NCBI GenBank assembly: GCA_964187785.1
Contig: OZ076409.1
Coordinates: 81,034,001 to 81,098,000, forward strand
From: Amphiscolops sp. MND2022
Taxonomy: Eukaryota
DNA: 64,000 nt
Reading direction: 5' to 3'
In this document: positions 49,001-61,311 of the stretch, in pieces
How the letters are laid out: every line of letters begins with the position of its first letter
Position numbering within the stretch: the first letter of the stretch is position 1
Made by a program: the position numbers and the translations under genes
Notes under the pieces: generated by a model
Database searches by the model: none
What the model was told of the DNA's origin: nothing
The model's input: only the letters and a program-made list of their open reading frames with translations

Positions 49001-52000
49001 ACTGGAGATGCTCTCCGACATTGAGAATCTAGATATAATGCTAGGTGAAAACCTAGAGAGAGGGATGAGAGTCTAAATAGCAACCTTGCTAGAAGGCCTG
49101 AAAGTGCCGTTAGTAATGATTTCCAAAATGAAGGTGAGAATACACATTTGAACCCCGGAATTGCCAATTCAGGTCTTAATACCGATGTTGATCAAAATTC
49201 AGCAACTGCGAACTCTAGCGCTGAGATTAATGGACTGTTGAGTGAGCTGAACTCTAGGATATCTAGGGAGATGGACGAGATGATCAACAGTGTCAATGTC
49301 AAAGAGCCATTAGTGATGCCATTAGCAATCAAGTTTTACCACAGATTCAAAATGCCATCAAGGCCGGTTCAGGACATACGACCAAGAGAGGATGGAACGT
49401 TCCGGCTGAGAGACCGGAAGAAAATCCCGAAGTTTTGCAAAGTGAAAAGACCAGATGTGACCTAAGAAGTGAGCAAATCCAGAGTCGTCCTCACGATGAC
49501 CACCTTGATGATCATATTGCTTACGACAGAGGAGGAAAAGAGTTTGAACATTCTCCGGCTAAAACTGAGTTTATCCTTTTCTCAAAACATCGACAAATAA
49601 CAAGCTGTGGCGGCCAAATCGGCTCCCCGATTAAAAAAAGCAGTTTCAAATATGCAACAGAACAATCATTGAGGAAATTTTTAATCAAGTTTTTTTACGT
49701 GGTATCCGATTTATATAACTGTATTCGTCTCTTCCAAAAAAGTGAATGCAATAAGTATGATTCAGTTTGCAAAGATGAACATTTAGGCCTTAGCTAGATT
49801 CATTGATAATAACATTTTAAAATTCATTTTCATAACCAATGGTTCTTTTGATTACGTTTCAAGTTTCTGGTTTGCACATTCATGCGTCTCTTGTCTCTCA
49901 CCTGCCTTTTCAGCTGGGGTGCCTTGTTAGTAAAGTGATTTCAAAAGTCTAGTTGGAAGACTTGGATTTTTTTTTTTACAAATTTTACAAAAAAAATTCT
50001 TGTAGAGGTTTTTGTTTGGGAGCTTTCAGTTCACTATAGTTCAACTTTCGAATTCACTTCGAACTTCATGTTTCTACATTCTTCTGGCGTTTTTTCAACA
50101 GAAAAAGATTAACTTTCTGAGTGCACACTGAGCGCCGGAAACTTCCGTCCTAAAATTGTTTGCATAACAATTTCTCAGCTAGACCGTAGTCAACTTATGG
50201 CAATGAAAAAAAAACAGAAATTATATTCCCACTCCTTTTAGCAGCATTTTCTCTTTCAAAATAATCATTGAGGGGCTACATTTTTTATAGTTCAACCCTG
50301 AATAGAACTTTTCAAATTTAAGCTTCTTCATATTTCGGTGTTTTTCAAACCCTTCATGCTGTGCTGTCTGCTGTGCATTATTGTTGCTTAAGAAAAGTTG
50401 CGTGTACACTTTGTTTTAAAGTTCTCATTTCTCCACAAAGAAATTTGAAGACTCATTGTTTCAGATAAATCTATTAAGCGGAAGAAGTCAAGTGTTTTTA
50501 GTCCAAGACGGTAGATAACGTCCGACCGAAGAAATAGCATCCCAAAGTTTTGCTAGTGAATATAATAACGTCCAAAGAAGGCAGAGTGATCTGCCACGGT
50601 GCCTAAAATGCAGGAGCGAAGCGGAGCGACGTGCCATTATCGGTATAGCGGCTGGTTCTGACAAACGTCAGGTTTTTGACTTTATCGTTGGCGAACCTAA
50701 TTTGGCGATCTTCAGCTTAGCGAACATTAACTTGGAAAAATACAACGCCCCCTTTCGTGCCTAGACGCTTGAAACAATTAGGATATTATAACGTTTCTAA
50801 TTTTTGGCCCAATTTTCCAAATGAAATGGAAAAACTGCAAATTGAGCTGTTTTTTTTTCCAAATTTTGCGATGTGCATATTCCAACCTAAATGACAGAGG
50901 CTTTTGTACAGAAATCATTTTTGAAATTAGGTCCGTAGGATATGTCATTATTGGAGATATTTGATTTTTTTTTGGAAATTTTAGCAACGTTCCAATTTGG
51001 TACCCAAATGATGAAGATCCTTACACAAGTAAACTACAAAAAAGTAGCTTCGTCTCTCTGGAGTTTCGAACATGTTTATAAACAAGACGCCCGCCAACAG
51101 CGAGATATTTTCCGTCCCAAGCTGTTCTACAGCTACACAAATTTGAGGCTAAAGAATAGCCATTGCACTATGAAAACGCAAGGAATTCGCAGAAAAGATT
51201 TATCTCAGCCCATTTATTAAGCAAACACTTATGTTTTAATTTCTGCGATAGCCGGCCACAATTTGTTTTTTTTTCGGCACTATGCGACCTACCGAATAAA
51301 GAGAAAAACACTTTTCGCAATTTTTTGTTTTTGAGGATTTCTAAAAGAAATAAGATTCTTGAAGTTACCGAGTCTCGAGGTTGACCTCTTTGTTACTTTT
51401 CATCATATGGAACAGATAAGTTTTCTTTTTGACTGTGAAAAATGCCTCATTTCAGTTTTTTCGGCTCTGTGTTTCTTTCCGAAACTCTCATTTGGTCGAA
51501 GGGTACCCCCTTCTTTTCATAGTTGACATCGGTTTGAGAAAAGAAGCTTTCTGAGCTGGAACTTGTTTCGCAATCATAGGAGGTTACCAAAAAATCGAAA
51601 AATTGGATTTTTTGTTATTCCTGTTGGAGTAAAAGTGGTTTCCGAGTCTCCGGCGTAATTCTTGGGGTAATTTTTGGCACTGAGAAAACGGTAAACTCTT
51701 CAAACTAGGTCCTTTGCAAAATTAAAAAACTTGAGCGGTCCCAGTTTGTTATATTATTGCACATAGGTTAACCAGAAGTGTCAAAAGTTGGAAGTATTTT
51801 CGACAGCTTTGGGGTCAATTTGAGGAATTTTTCTGACATGAATCTACAGATGTCTCTTCAAAACTAAGCCTATTGGACACCGAGTTTAGCTGTTGTTGAA
51901 TGTTTATTCTTTTGTTCCCGTTGCAGTTATATCTTCAAAATTGACTACTGGCGAATTTTCAACCACTTTATGCCAGGAAGTACAAAAGTTACTTGAAAAG

Positions 52001-54322
52001 TGAAAAAAATTGAAAATTCTGCTTTTTTCTGAAGATTGAGTTTTTGCAATTTATTGGGTCATTCTGGGGAAACTTTCTTCCATAAAAGATGCAAATTTCT
52101 CTATTAAAGACGTGCCGTGGACCTAATTACATCATTATACGAAATGTTAACCACTGTATTGACTAGTGCTGAGCCCGACGATTCATTTCCAGTGGACTCT
52201 TCTCCTGTCATTGTTGGTCCGAGTACGCGTTTTGTTGCTGCAAGTAGCGATAGTGAGTCTCAAGAAGGTGCGACAGATCCCCCCGCAATAGAAAAACCCG
52301 TTGGTAGATTCGTTTTTGATGGTATATTTCTGGTATGTGGGCAGGGTGTACGAAAATTTTTTTTTTGTTGTTGTAGGTTTGAGGGATGCTGAGACGTATG
52401 GGCCTTCCAACATTTGTGTGACGCCATCGAAACGGGCAAAGAAAATTGTTATCGCTCCGCCATCGCCTCCTCCCTTGGTGCATGCTTCTACTGGTTGGCA
52501 GAGTTAGTTCTAATATTGTTTTTATCTTCCGTTTCATTCTTTGAATTGGGGAGAGTGTTAGTTGCCCATTGGTTTGGTTTGTTTGGGGATGTCCTATTGT
52601 TTGGTACGCGTTTTCATTGGGTGTTGTTGTTGTGTAGGTCACGATGATGATCAGTTGTATGGTGTCGGCGGTGTGACGTTGAGTCCCCAGAATGTGATGC
52701 GATTGGGTCAGCAACGTGTGGAAGAGGTGACGGAGAGTGCTACGCTGGTTATTCAAAACGGTTAGCATTTGCGTTTTCCCTGTAATTCGGGTATTACTTT
52801 GTTATTTGGTGAGGGTTTTCGTTCATTTTCAGTGTAGTGTGTATATTCTTTATCCCCTTCGTGTGTTGTTTGTAGAGTTGCAAGAGTTCAGTGGGAAGGT
52901 AGAAAAACGTCTGGCCAAGCGGACAGTGAAGACATACGGGAATCGCAACACGTTGCATCGTCGTATGTTGAGTCGACATCCTGCTTTTCCTGATTTCGTG
53001 ACAGGCTCCACGACCGGTGAGGGAACTCACTTCCACTGTCGGGTATGCAAGCGTGATGTGGCCAAAAGCTCAGGGCTCTGGAGAGTTTAGCAGACATTTC
53101 CGTTCTGATGCTCTATGGTTTAAGGACGTTACTTATCGCGTCCATATGGGTCTTCAGGTGCTCAACAGGTTGATGGAGCCGATGGAACTGTCAGCAAGTC
53201 AACTGGCAGACTATAAGTCTCGACCATTTTGTGATCTGAGCGGGGAGTATCCGTTCCCTGATGATCTATTGCCCAAGCATTCAAAAGCGGAGTCAAACGT
53301 GCCCTACATGACCTTGGTTTCTTGTTTTTGCGAATTCTTGCGGAATGGTGGTGATTTTGATTACCTTCGTCGTCTGTGGGGCCACTTCCGAGCAACATTG
53401 GGCGACCGAGAACCTTTCTTTCCTTTACGATGGAGCCGTTCTGAGACCGTGGTGAGTTGGTTTGGTTATTGTTATTGTTTATTTCCGTCATGTATCCGTG
53501 TGAGAGAAAAACAGAAAGGGATGGGGGGGGATGTCTTTTGTAGTTGTTTTGAAAGTAGGGTCTCGTTTGTGTTTTAGTCATTCCTTTGTCGGGGGCTGGC
53601 TCCGCGAGTTCTTCGTCTGATGTTGAGTGACGTCAAATCTTTTAAAGAGTACGGGATGCAGTTTGAGAAGTCTGGGAACATAGAACGTTGCTATGTTCTT
53701 TGTTGGGATGCGCTGAATTTAAAGAAGATATGTGTGGGAGATCAGTCCTTGGATCAAAAATGCCCGAACCCGAGTTGCTCCCGTTGGCACGTGTAGCGAG
53801 CTGTCTGGAGGGACAGCAATTACCGGTGTCAGTTCTTGGCGCTAGCCCTTCCCTCATTCGCATGTTAGACGCGAACAGGACGGATGATCGGCGGTTTCTG
53901 TCATGGCAGTCGTTTGATGAGGAGGTGTTTCTCCATTGTTTCCGTCAGTCTCATCAGGACATTTTTGGAATGATTGAAGTGACGACTGCATTGGAGTATG
54001 TGATCCATCGATTGAAAGGGGCTTTGTATGAGGATTGGACAGAAGACAGGCCTCTTCTTCGATCGTGCATACGGGAAGGCTCCGTTGCATTCTGCAATCT
54101 TCGAGAGGTCCTAGGCGATTTAATCGAACTGTGGCCTTCCATACGTCCGTACATTCGCTACACTGGACATCCTCATTTTAAGAGTGTTGCTGATAGGGTG
54201 AGTACCGTCGTATTATTTGTTCATTTCGGTCTTGTGTCATTCCTTTGTTCTCTCTTGTGCTCTGCTGTGGTATATATGATCTTGGAATGATGGTATAATT
54301 TATCCATTTTAGCTGCGCGGCA
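46048..54322. repeat. Tandem segmental duplication, copy 2
   Basis: Near-identical to 30821-46047 except that it lacks 35455-38585 (junction gac|tttatcg at 50680) and lacks the LINE. Confidence 0.95.
47760..49528 (+). mobile_element. Duplicate of the solo LTR within duplication copy 2
   Basis: Same TGTCG...CGACA termini and GAGGA TSD; same 1769-bp length. Confidence 0.88.
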
Positions 54323-55829
54323 CGGACTTCGAGTTAATCTCCGATAGTCCTATTGTCTATCGTTTCGGCTTCCTTCGACTGCTTTTAGACTCCTGTAAGT
54401 ATGGTGAGCTTTCGTTATAGTTGTTCTCTTTCGACTGTTTCTGATTGTGGTAGTGTATTGGCTGATGTTTCTTGTCGTTGTGGATATGCTATTGTATCTG
54501 GTTTCTATTGGCTGTTTCGTTTTGATCAAGGATTCTGCTTCTTTTCAATAGTTCATGTGTTTAGATTACTTCAATTTTGAGAGATTGCGTCAGTGCCGGA
54601 GAGATTACGGGTTTCATGGTTACGGTGAGGTCTGCAACTTCGTTTACTGTCTGCTGATGCGAACCCGTAAGCTGTCTGATTTGCCAGGTATCCATGAGTA
54701 GGAAAATTATATGGATATTTCGAAACTTTCTTATTTCAACGCTATTTCCATCGAGGAGTTCCTGATGGACAGTGATTTTGGTCGCGAGCTGGTCACTGTC
54801 AAGACGAGTGAGATGCGGGAATTCCGCGTTAAATGTCGTGAGTGTATCGATCGGCTTGTGTCTTTGATCCTGACTAGTACAGCTGTGACTTCTGGCGTTT
54901 CGCGAGGACTTTATGCTTTCTGTCCGGAGATTATGTTGAGCGGCGACGATCACCACATTTTCGAGTTGTTTGGTTCTCTTTGTGATTTATTCAGATCCTG
55001 CCACGTGATGGCTTCGGACGGCTTGAATGCTGCTGTTGCTGAGTTCAAGAGCTATGTGATAGAGAAACGCAGGCATTACGAGGATGCGACATGTGCTGCG
55101 AGTGAGATTCCTGACGTGGTTCAGTTTCTGTTGCGGGATTTTGCCTTCCAGTCTCGGACTCATGTATTTCGACTGTTTAAAATATGTTGTCTGGTGGTTG
55201 GAGTGCCAAAAAGTAACCTTCCTGCAGTTATTATCGATTTTGGTGGTAGCGCGCTGAGTCCGGCAGTGGTTCAGGATTGTGTATTGTTAGTGCAGTCTCA
55301 CATCATCAGTCCGAGTTTCAATCCTCGATTGTTCTTTTCAGCTTCGTTGCTTGTTGCAGTCCGGGAAGCTATTGCAGAGTCAGGCATTTTCTTCAGAGTT
55401 GCCGATTTTGATGTATGGAAAGATTTTTGCTCTGGCGATATGGAGTCTTTTGCTGGGCATTATCGATCTTTGTATAAGAAGTATTTAATGGGGCGACAGA
55501 AGGAGTACGAGACTTTCTATGTGGAAAGCAACAAGACGAATCGGCGTTCTCGCGAGAGTCAGTGTACAAGTTCAACTGAGGCCGGAAGTGCTACGAATTC
55601 TGTTGTCGGTCCCAAGAAAGCATCGTCCAAGATTGCTTCTTCAAAGTCTGTGAAGGCAGGTGCGTCTACTGCTCGTTCATCAGCAAAGGTTGTGAGTAGG
55701 GAAGATGGAGCTGATGCGAAAAAGAGTGGTGGGGGCAGTGCGTCTAGAAAGTCAAAGAAGGATAAGAGCAGTGATTCTGATGATCCTGATGTAGTCCACA
55801 AGTTGAAAAAGACATCTTCTAAGCATTAA
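52144..55829 (+). pseudogene. Seven-exon ~980-codon gene: zinc finger plus degenerate hAT-transposase-like body, with 3 lesions
   Basis: Phase-consistent GT-AG exons: 52144-52303 (or -52321), 52377-52502, 52638-52760, 52876-53451, 53578-54197, 54313-54394, 54565-55829. CRVC..H finger. Lesions: 2-bp deletion ~53064, frameshift between ~53630 and 53790, in-frame TAG 54699. hAT similarity judged by eye only. Confidence 0.75.
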
Positions 55830-56020
55830 TGGATAATTGATGATGATTTGATTTCCTGATGAATTATATCTTTAGATGTACCTGTTATTTGTATTCTTTG
55901 TTTTATGGTCTGGTTGATTTCTACGAGTCCCGCCATTCGTTTATTATAGTTACGTAGTTTTAGTAGATTGTAAAAATTGACGTAGTCATTCCGGTTCGGT
56001 TTGATATGCTGATTTTTTGT

Positions 56021-59000
56021 CTAGTCCTGAGTTGATCGTAGTTCTCCCGTAGTGACTGAGTCGCGCATTCGGAAGTCAGGATTTACGTTAGGTCGTGGAT
56101 TAGGTCTTAAATTGTATCGGCCTACTTTCCTAGGGTTATATCCAATGACTATAGGCGGTAGTTCGGGTGTTTTGGGAGGGCTTTCTATAGGTGGCGGTGT
56201 AAAAATATAGGGGTTGTCGCTGACGTCCAAATTAAATGACGTTATGTTGTCGGAGGGTGTTTTCCCTTCTGCAGAGTTTTCATTTGTGGCTGTTTGAGCC
56301 ACATCATTTTCCGTTATATCTTCATTTGTGGTTGTTCTAACCACGTCATTTTCCGCTGTAATTCCAGTTGTGATTGTTTTAATCACATCATTTCCTGTTG
56401 TAATTTCGTTGTTTTCTGTTGTGTCTGTGATTTCTGCGACTGTGGTTTCTTCGGTGGCGTTTTCCGTATTGTTTCCGAACAGAAATTCTCCGAATTCGGT
56501 TTCCCAAGCTTGCGCGTACCAATCATTGTGGGTTGTTTTAACCTCTGGATCTGGAAGGTAATCTTCCCTTCTGACTGTTACGTCAGGTACTCGCTGATTG
56601 GGCGCATATAGCCTAAGGCGAATTCTATGGAGGGTTTGTGTATACCTAGTTCCTGTGCGTTGTACGACGTAGTTATTGTTCGAGAGTACTTTGACTACTA
56701 TGTAGGGTCCAGTCCAAATGCAATCTTTAAAGGCAAATTTCATTGACTGGTTGTCTGCCTTCGGGTTGAGGACGTAGCAGTAGTCGTTGACTTTGAGTGG
56801 TGTAGCCGTTGCTTTCTTGTCATAGTACTGTTTGTATTTGAGGTAAGACTGCATTAGGTTCTCTTTGGCAGCTTGGTGTATCTCGGCTATTTGTTTCTGT
56901 AGTTGGTCCGTTAGTTCTTCATTGCCATCTTTTTCCCATTTAGGTTTTAATCCAAGTTTTATGTCCAAAATATTGTACGGGATGCGTCCGTGAAACACTG
57001 TTGTAGGTTCACAACCTAGGCTTTCATGGTAGCTTGTATTGTAATTCATGACTGCAATCTGGACGTATTTGTGCCACATTGAACGTCGTTCTCCCGTTGA
57101 TATCTTTAAAGAGGTTTTTAAAGAAGCATGAGTCCTTTCTAGGATGCCAATTGTTTGGGCGTGTTTCGTCGATGCGTGGCTTATCCCTATATCCAATGTT
57201 TGTGCTATTTGGTTGACTACTTCTGACCTGAATTGTGATCCTTTATCCGTTAGAATGACGGTCGGTAGATAGCAGTGTCGTGTCATGACATCTATTATGC
57301 ATCGTGCGACTGTTTTTGCTGACATATCTTGAGTCGGGTAAGCGAAAAGGTAACGCCAAAAACATCCATCATCGTTATGATGTGTTGGTATCCATTTGAG
57401 GAAGGTAGACTTGGTAGAATGTCTACTTCTAGGCAGTCTTCTGGTCCCATTGTGAATTCAGTGTTGCTTAGCATTTTGGGACGTATCTGTCTCGTGTCTA
57501 TTCTTTTATTGGCGATGCAATCCTGACAACTGGTTACCCAAGCTCTGATTTTTCGTGCAAGACCCGGGAAGTAGTATTTCGCTCTGCATTCTTGTATCAT
57601 TTTGGTGATTCCTGGGTCTTTATTTGTTTTCCCATGTAGAGTGGACAGGAGTTCTGGGACTAGGTGTTTTGGAATTATAATTTGGTTATGTGTGACTGTT
57701 CCGTCTTCTCCATAATACTTTCGCATCAGAATTCCATCTTTCATTATGATTCTTTCTTCGTGGCGTAGTAGGTTTCGTCCTCGTGGTTCAGTTTTGAGAA
57801 GGTGCTTGTCATATTCTTCGTGTGAGATCCGTTGTTTCAGTGCTTTGAGGAGGGGATCTGCATCTTGTTCGTTTCTGATCCGTGCATTTTCCTTAATTGC
57901 ACCAAAAGAGTAGACTGCGGAGTTGAGTGGTATCTTGATGACTTCGGTTACCTTTGTTGATAGTTCTCTTTCATGTTCATCTGGGGCACGTCGTTTGCTG
58001 AGTTCCTTTCGGGCAAAAATTTCTTGCTCAGATTCATCTTCTTCATCTGGTAGGAAGAAAAGTTGTTCCTCGTCAGCTACATCTGATGATTGTAGGTTAA
58101 CTTCAATTGGGGACGTTAGGATGTCGTTCCGTAGTTTAAGTTGTACCTTTTCTTTCGGTGTAAGTTCAAGTCTTGAGAGAAAATCTGCTGCTGTGTTTTG
58201 GGAGCCTGCTACGTGCATGATCCGGAACTTGAACTGAAGTACGTAGTCGCAGGCATTCCACAGTGCTGGTGGTGTTGTTTTCGTCTGAAAGAATCTAGTT
58301 ACTGAGCGGTTCTCCGTTAAGACCAGAGTCGGAATTGTTGTCTCCCATAGTATATGGCTGTATTCAAGGAAGGCGTGGTAGATTGCCAAGAATTCCTTGC
58401 AGTAGATGGACATTTTCAGTTGTGCAGGTGAAAAAACTCGTGATCCGAACGCTACTGGTGCGAAGGTTTTCCGTTTGGAGAGTATTTTGCGTTCGTCGTT
58501 CTCCTCGATCATGAGGGCGTAGCCTGATGCACGAAAGCTTGCATCCGTCATTAGAACGTACTGTTTTCCTGCTATGGGCTGTCGGAGTGCAAGTCCACAA
58601 GCTTCCGCTAAACTGGCGTTAATTTCCTTAAAGTTATCGACAAGTTCTTCTGAAATTCTGATTTTGGAGTCTGCTTTGAGAAGTTCGTACATGCCAATGA
58701 GTTTTTCTGACAAGCGCGGTATGTAGTTGCGGTAGTAGTTAACAAAGCCAATGTATTTTTGAACTTGTTTTTTGGATTTGGGGAAGCGGACTTTGGAGAG
58801 GAAATTTTTGACTTTTTGATCTTGCGGAGCTACGCCGTCGGGGGTGATGGTTCGGCCAAGGATTTCGATTTGGGTTACTCCAAAATGGCATTTTTCGATG
58901 GTTAGTTTTAATCCTGCTTTTCTAATGCATTTGAAGACTGCTCTGATGTTCTGTATGAGCTGTTCCGTTGTGTTTGCGGCAATGCCAATGTCATCTACGT

Positions 59001-61311
59001 ATTGTGCACATTGGTCGGCTTTGATAACTGAGTCCAGATACTCTCGCATGAAGCTCGAAAAAGCTGATAGTGCTCTGCTTAGTCCTTGTGCCAGGCGACG
59101 GTAGGCGAACGTCCTACTAGCAAAATTAAAAGCAAGTAACTCTACTGACCTTTGATCTGCCATTTGAAGGCAGTGGTACGCCTGGGAGCAGTCAAGCTTG
59201 CAGAATAGTTTTTTCCCTGCTAGGTGTTGTGCCGCATCTGAGAGGGTGCTGACAGGGTGGTTGTTGTTGATGTAGTCATCTGCTATAAGTGCGTTGATTT
59301 TGCGCAGATCCACCAGTAGCCTCAGTTTGCCGTTGGGTTTCCGTTGTGCAAATATGGGACTGGCATACTTGGAGAAGGGGAGTGTCGTGATGATTCCGTA
59401 TCGATGCATGAGGGCCAGTTCCACAGTCAGGTCTTCTTTGAGGTTGATTGGGACGGGTAGGCTCTGTGTGTAGACTGGTTTGTCATCTTGTGGTGTTAGG
59501 CTGACTTTGAATTGTGTGTTCATCCCTATGTCTAGCCGGTGTCGAGCGAAGATGTCGTTGAATTCGACAATGGTGTCCTCGAGGTTTTCACGGTCTCTGT
59601 TCGCAATCTGTGAATCTGTCCATTTGAACATGGATAGAAATTTGTTTCGAGACTCTTCGTTTTCGGTTGGGTCAAGTTTTTCTAGCTCGGCAAGGTCTCG
59701 CAATTCTTTCAAGATTCGCTTTTGTATGGGCGAATGTTCCTGTTCGTTGCTGGGGTGTTCTGGGGTCGGAAACCAGAATTTCTCTTCATTGTCGTCGGGC
59801 CGCTCTACTTGCATTAGTGCATTGATGTACGTGACCGCATCGTCATGGTTAGTGAGGAGGTTTAGGGCGGCTATGTCGACTGGGCGGATCATCTTCGTTT
59901 CTTCGGGTTTCAGGATTTGCAGTTCTGCCATTTTGGTATTGGTGGCTATTGTGTATGGGAAGTCTGTAGTGTTGGCGATTTTTATTGGTATCTTTTTGTC
60001 TCTGGCTGTTGTATTCGCTGGAGCTACTATTACCTTCGCGCATTCGTCGAATTGTCGTAGGGGTTGTATAGTGCCCGTTATTGAGTGTTCGATACTCACA
60101 GGGATTGTTGCGTAGATGATTCGGGTAGAGTGCGCTGGGATTGTATGCTTGGCTTCGGTCTTTATCGTGATGGGTTTGGGATTGCACTTTTGTCTTTCGT
60201 CTGTGAGCGCCATCGTGATTTGGATCTTGGGAAAGTCAATGGTCCCCTGTGCCGTGTCAAGGATTGCGGCATGCTTACGTAGGAACGCTAATCCAATTAT
60301 AGGGAATGACGTTTGATTCATGATGATGAATGTTTCTTCAAAAGTGTAATCCCCTATTTTGAAGCGTAGGGTGTACGTGGCAAGTGGTTGTTCTAATTCG
60401 GCGTTGGCATACTGCACTTTGAAAGGGGGTGGGGGTGCCTTATTGATGATGCACTGACTGGCGTGCTGTCGGAGTTTTTCAGCGTCCCTTTCGCTAATAG
60501 CGTTAATGTACGCACCTGAGTCGACTAAGGCGTCGATTTTGACCGTGTTGAATTCGACTGGTAGGAAAAGCATTCGTTTTTTCTTCTTGAGCGCGATGGA
60601 AGACATTAACGGGATGTAGTAGTCGTCTTTGTCATGTTGGATGAATTCCTTGATAATGTTTAGATCTTCAGGCAATTTTGAGGGACATTCCGTGATTTCT
60701 ACGTCGTCATTCATTAATGTTGTGACGGGCGCGGTTTTTGGAGGGGTCACTGAAGGATGAGCATTTTCTCGTTTTCGTTTTTCTTGATGCGCCCATATGG
60801 TTTTGTCCTCGACGCAGATGATGTTCTCAGCGTCTATTGGTGTGGACGTGATGGTGACGGGTACTGTTGGGGATGGTGTTGTTCTTTTGAGAATTGGCGA
60901 TGATGGTGATGGTAGGTCCATGATTTCTGTGGATTGAGCCTGGGGGTTTGAGATTTGTATTTTGAAGGAGAGTTTGTCAGTATCATAAATGGTTGGTTCA
61001 TCCCAGGGATCGCATCTGTAGTCTCTATCATAGATGTAGATACGTTCAGTTTTTGATTCTGGTAAGGGTCGCTTGAGTGTTGCGTAGTTCTCTGGTGACT
61101 CTGTTATCCATTGCGGTAGTGGTGTTGGGTCGTTTGGATGTCTGGCATTGTGTCGGAGTGTCATGCCTACGTTCCATCGGCGTTGCCAGTCCTGAGTTGG
61201 TTCTTCATTACACTCTGTGAAAAAATCTTCTTCGTACCTATTTGGGGGGTCTTCGATGGTGTACGCCCTCGCGTCACTTTTTTCCCCGAAGCGTAGGCGC
61301 GGCGACTTCAG
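56021..61311 (-). CDS. pol: Pol polyprotein (PR, RT, RNase H, integrase) with one frameshift near 57355
   Basis: ALVDSGA (PR), YVDD (RT), TDAS (RH); integrase EVDILP / LTDKGSQF / LERTH DDE triad and WTGPY; ORFs 57295-61164 and 56021-57325. Confidence 0.95.

Noticed and set aside
52208-52768. Minus-strand 186-aa ORF (168 aa at 40164-40670)
   Set aside because: T/Q/H/N-rich shadow of the G/T-rich introns and exons of the plus-strand spliced gene; length differs between copies
30000-56020. Search for a 3' LTR matching 62354-64000
   Set aside because: No second copy of the MTTRSQ-coding or GCTCCGTA sequence was found; the solo LTRs at 32532 and 47760 are a different family in the opposite orientation with their own TSD
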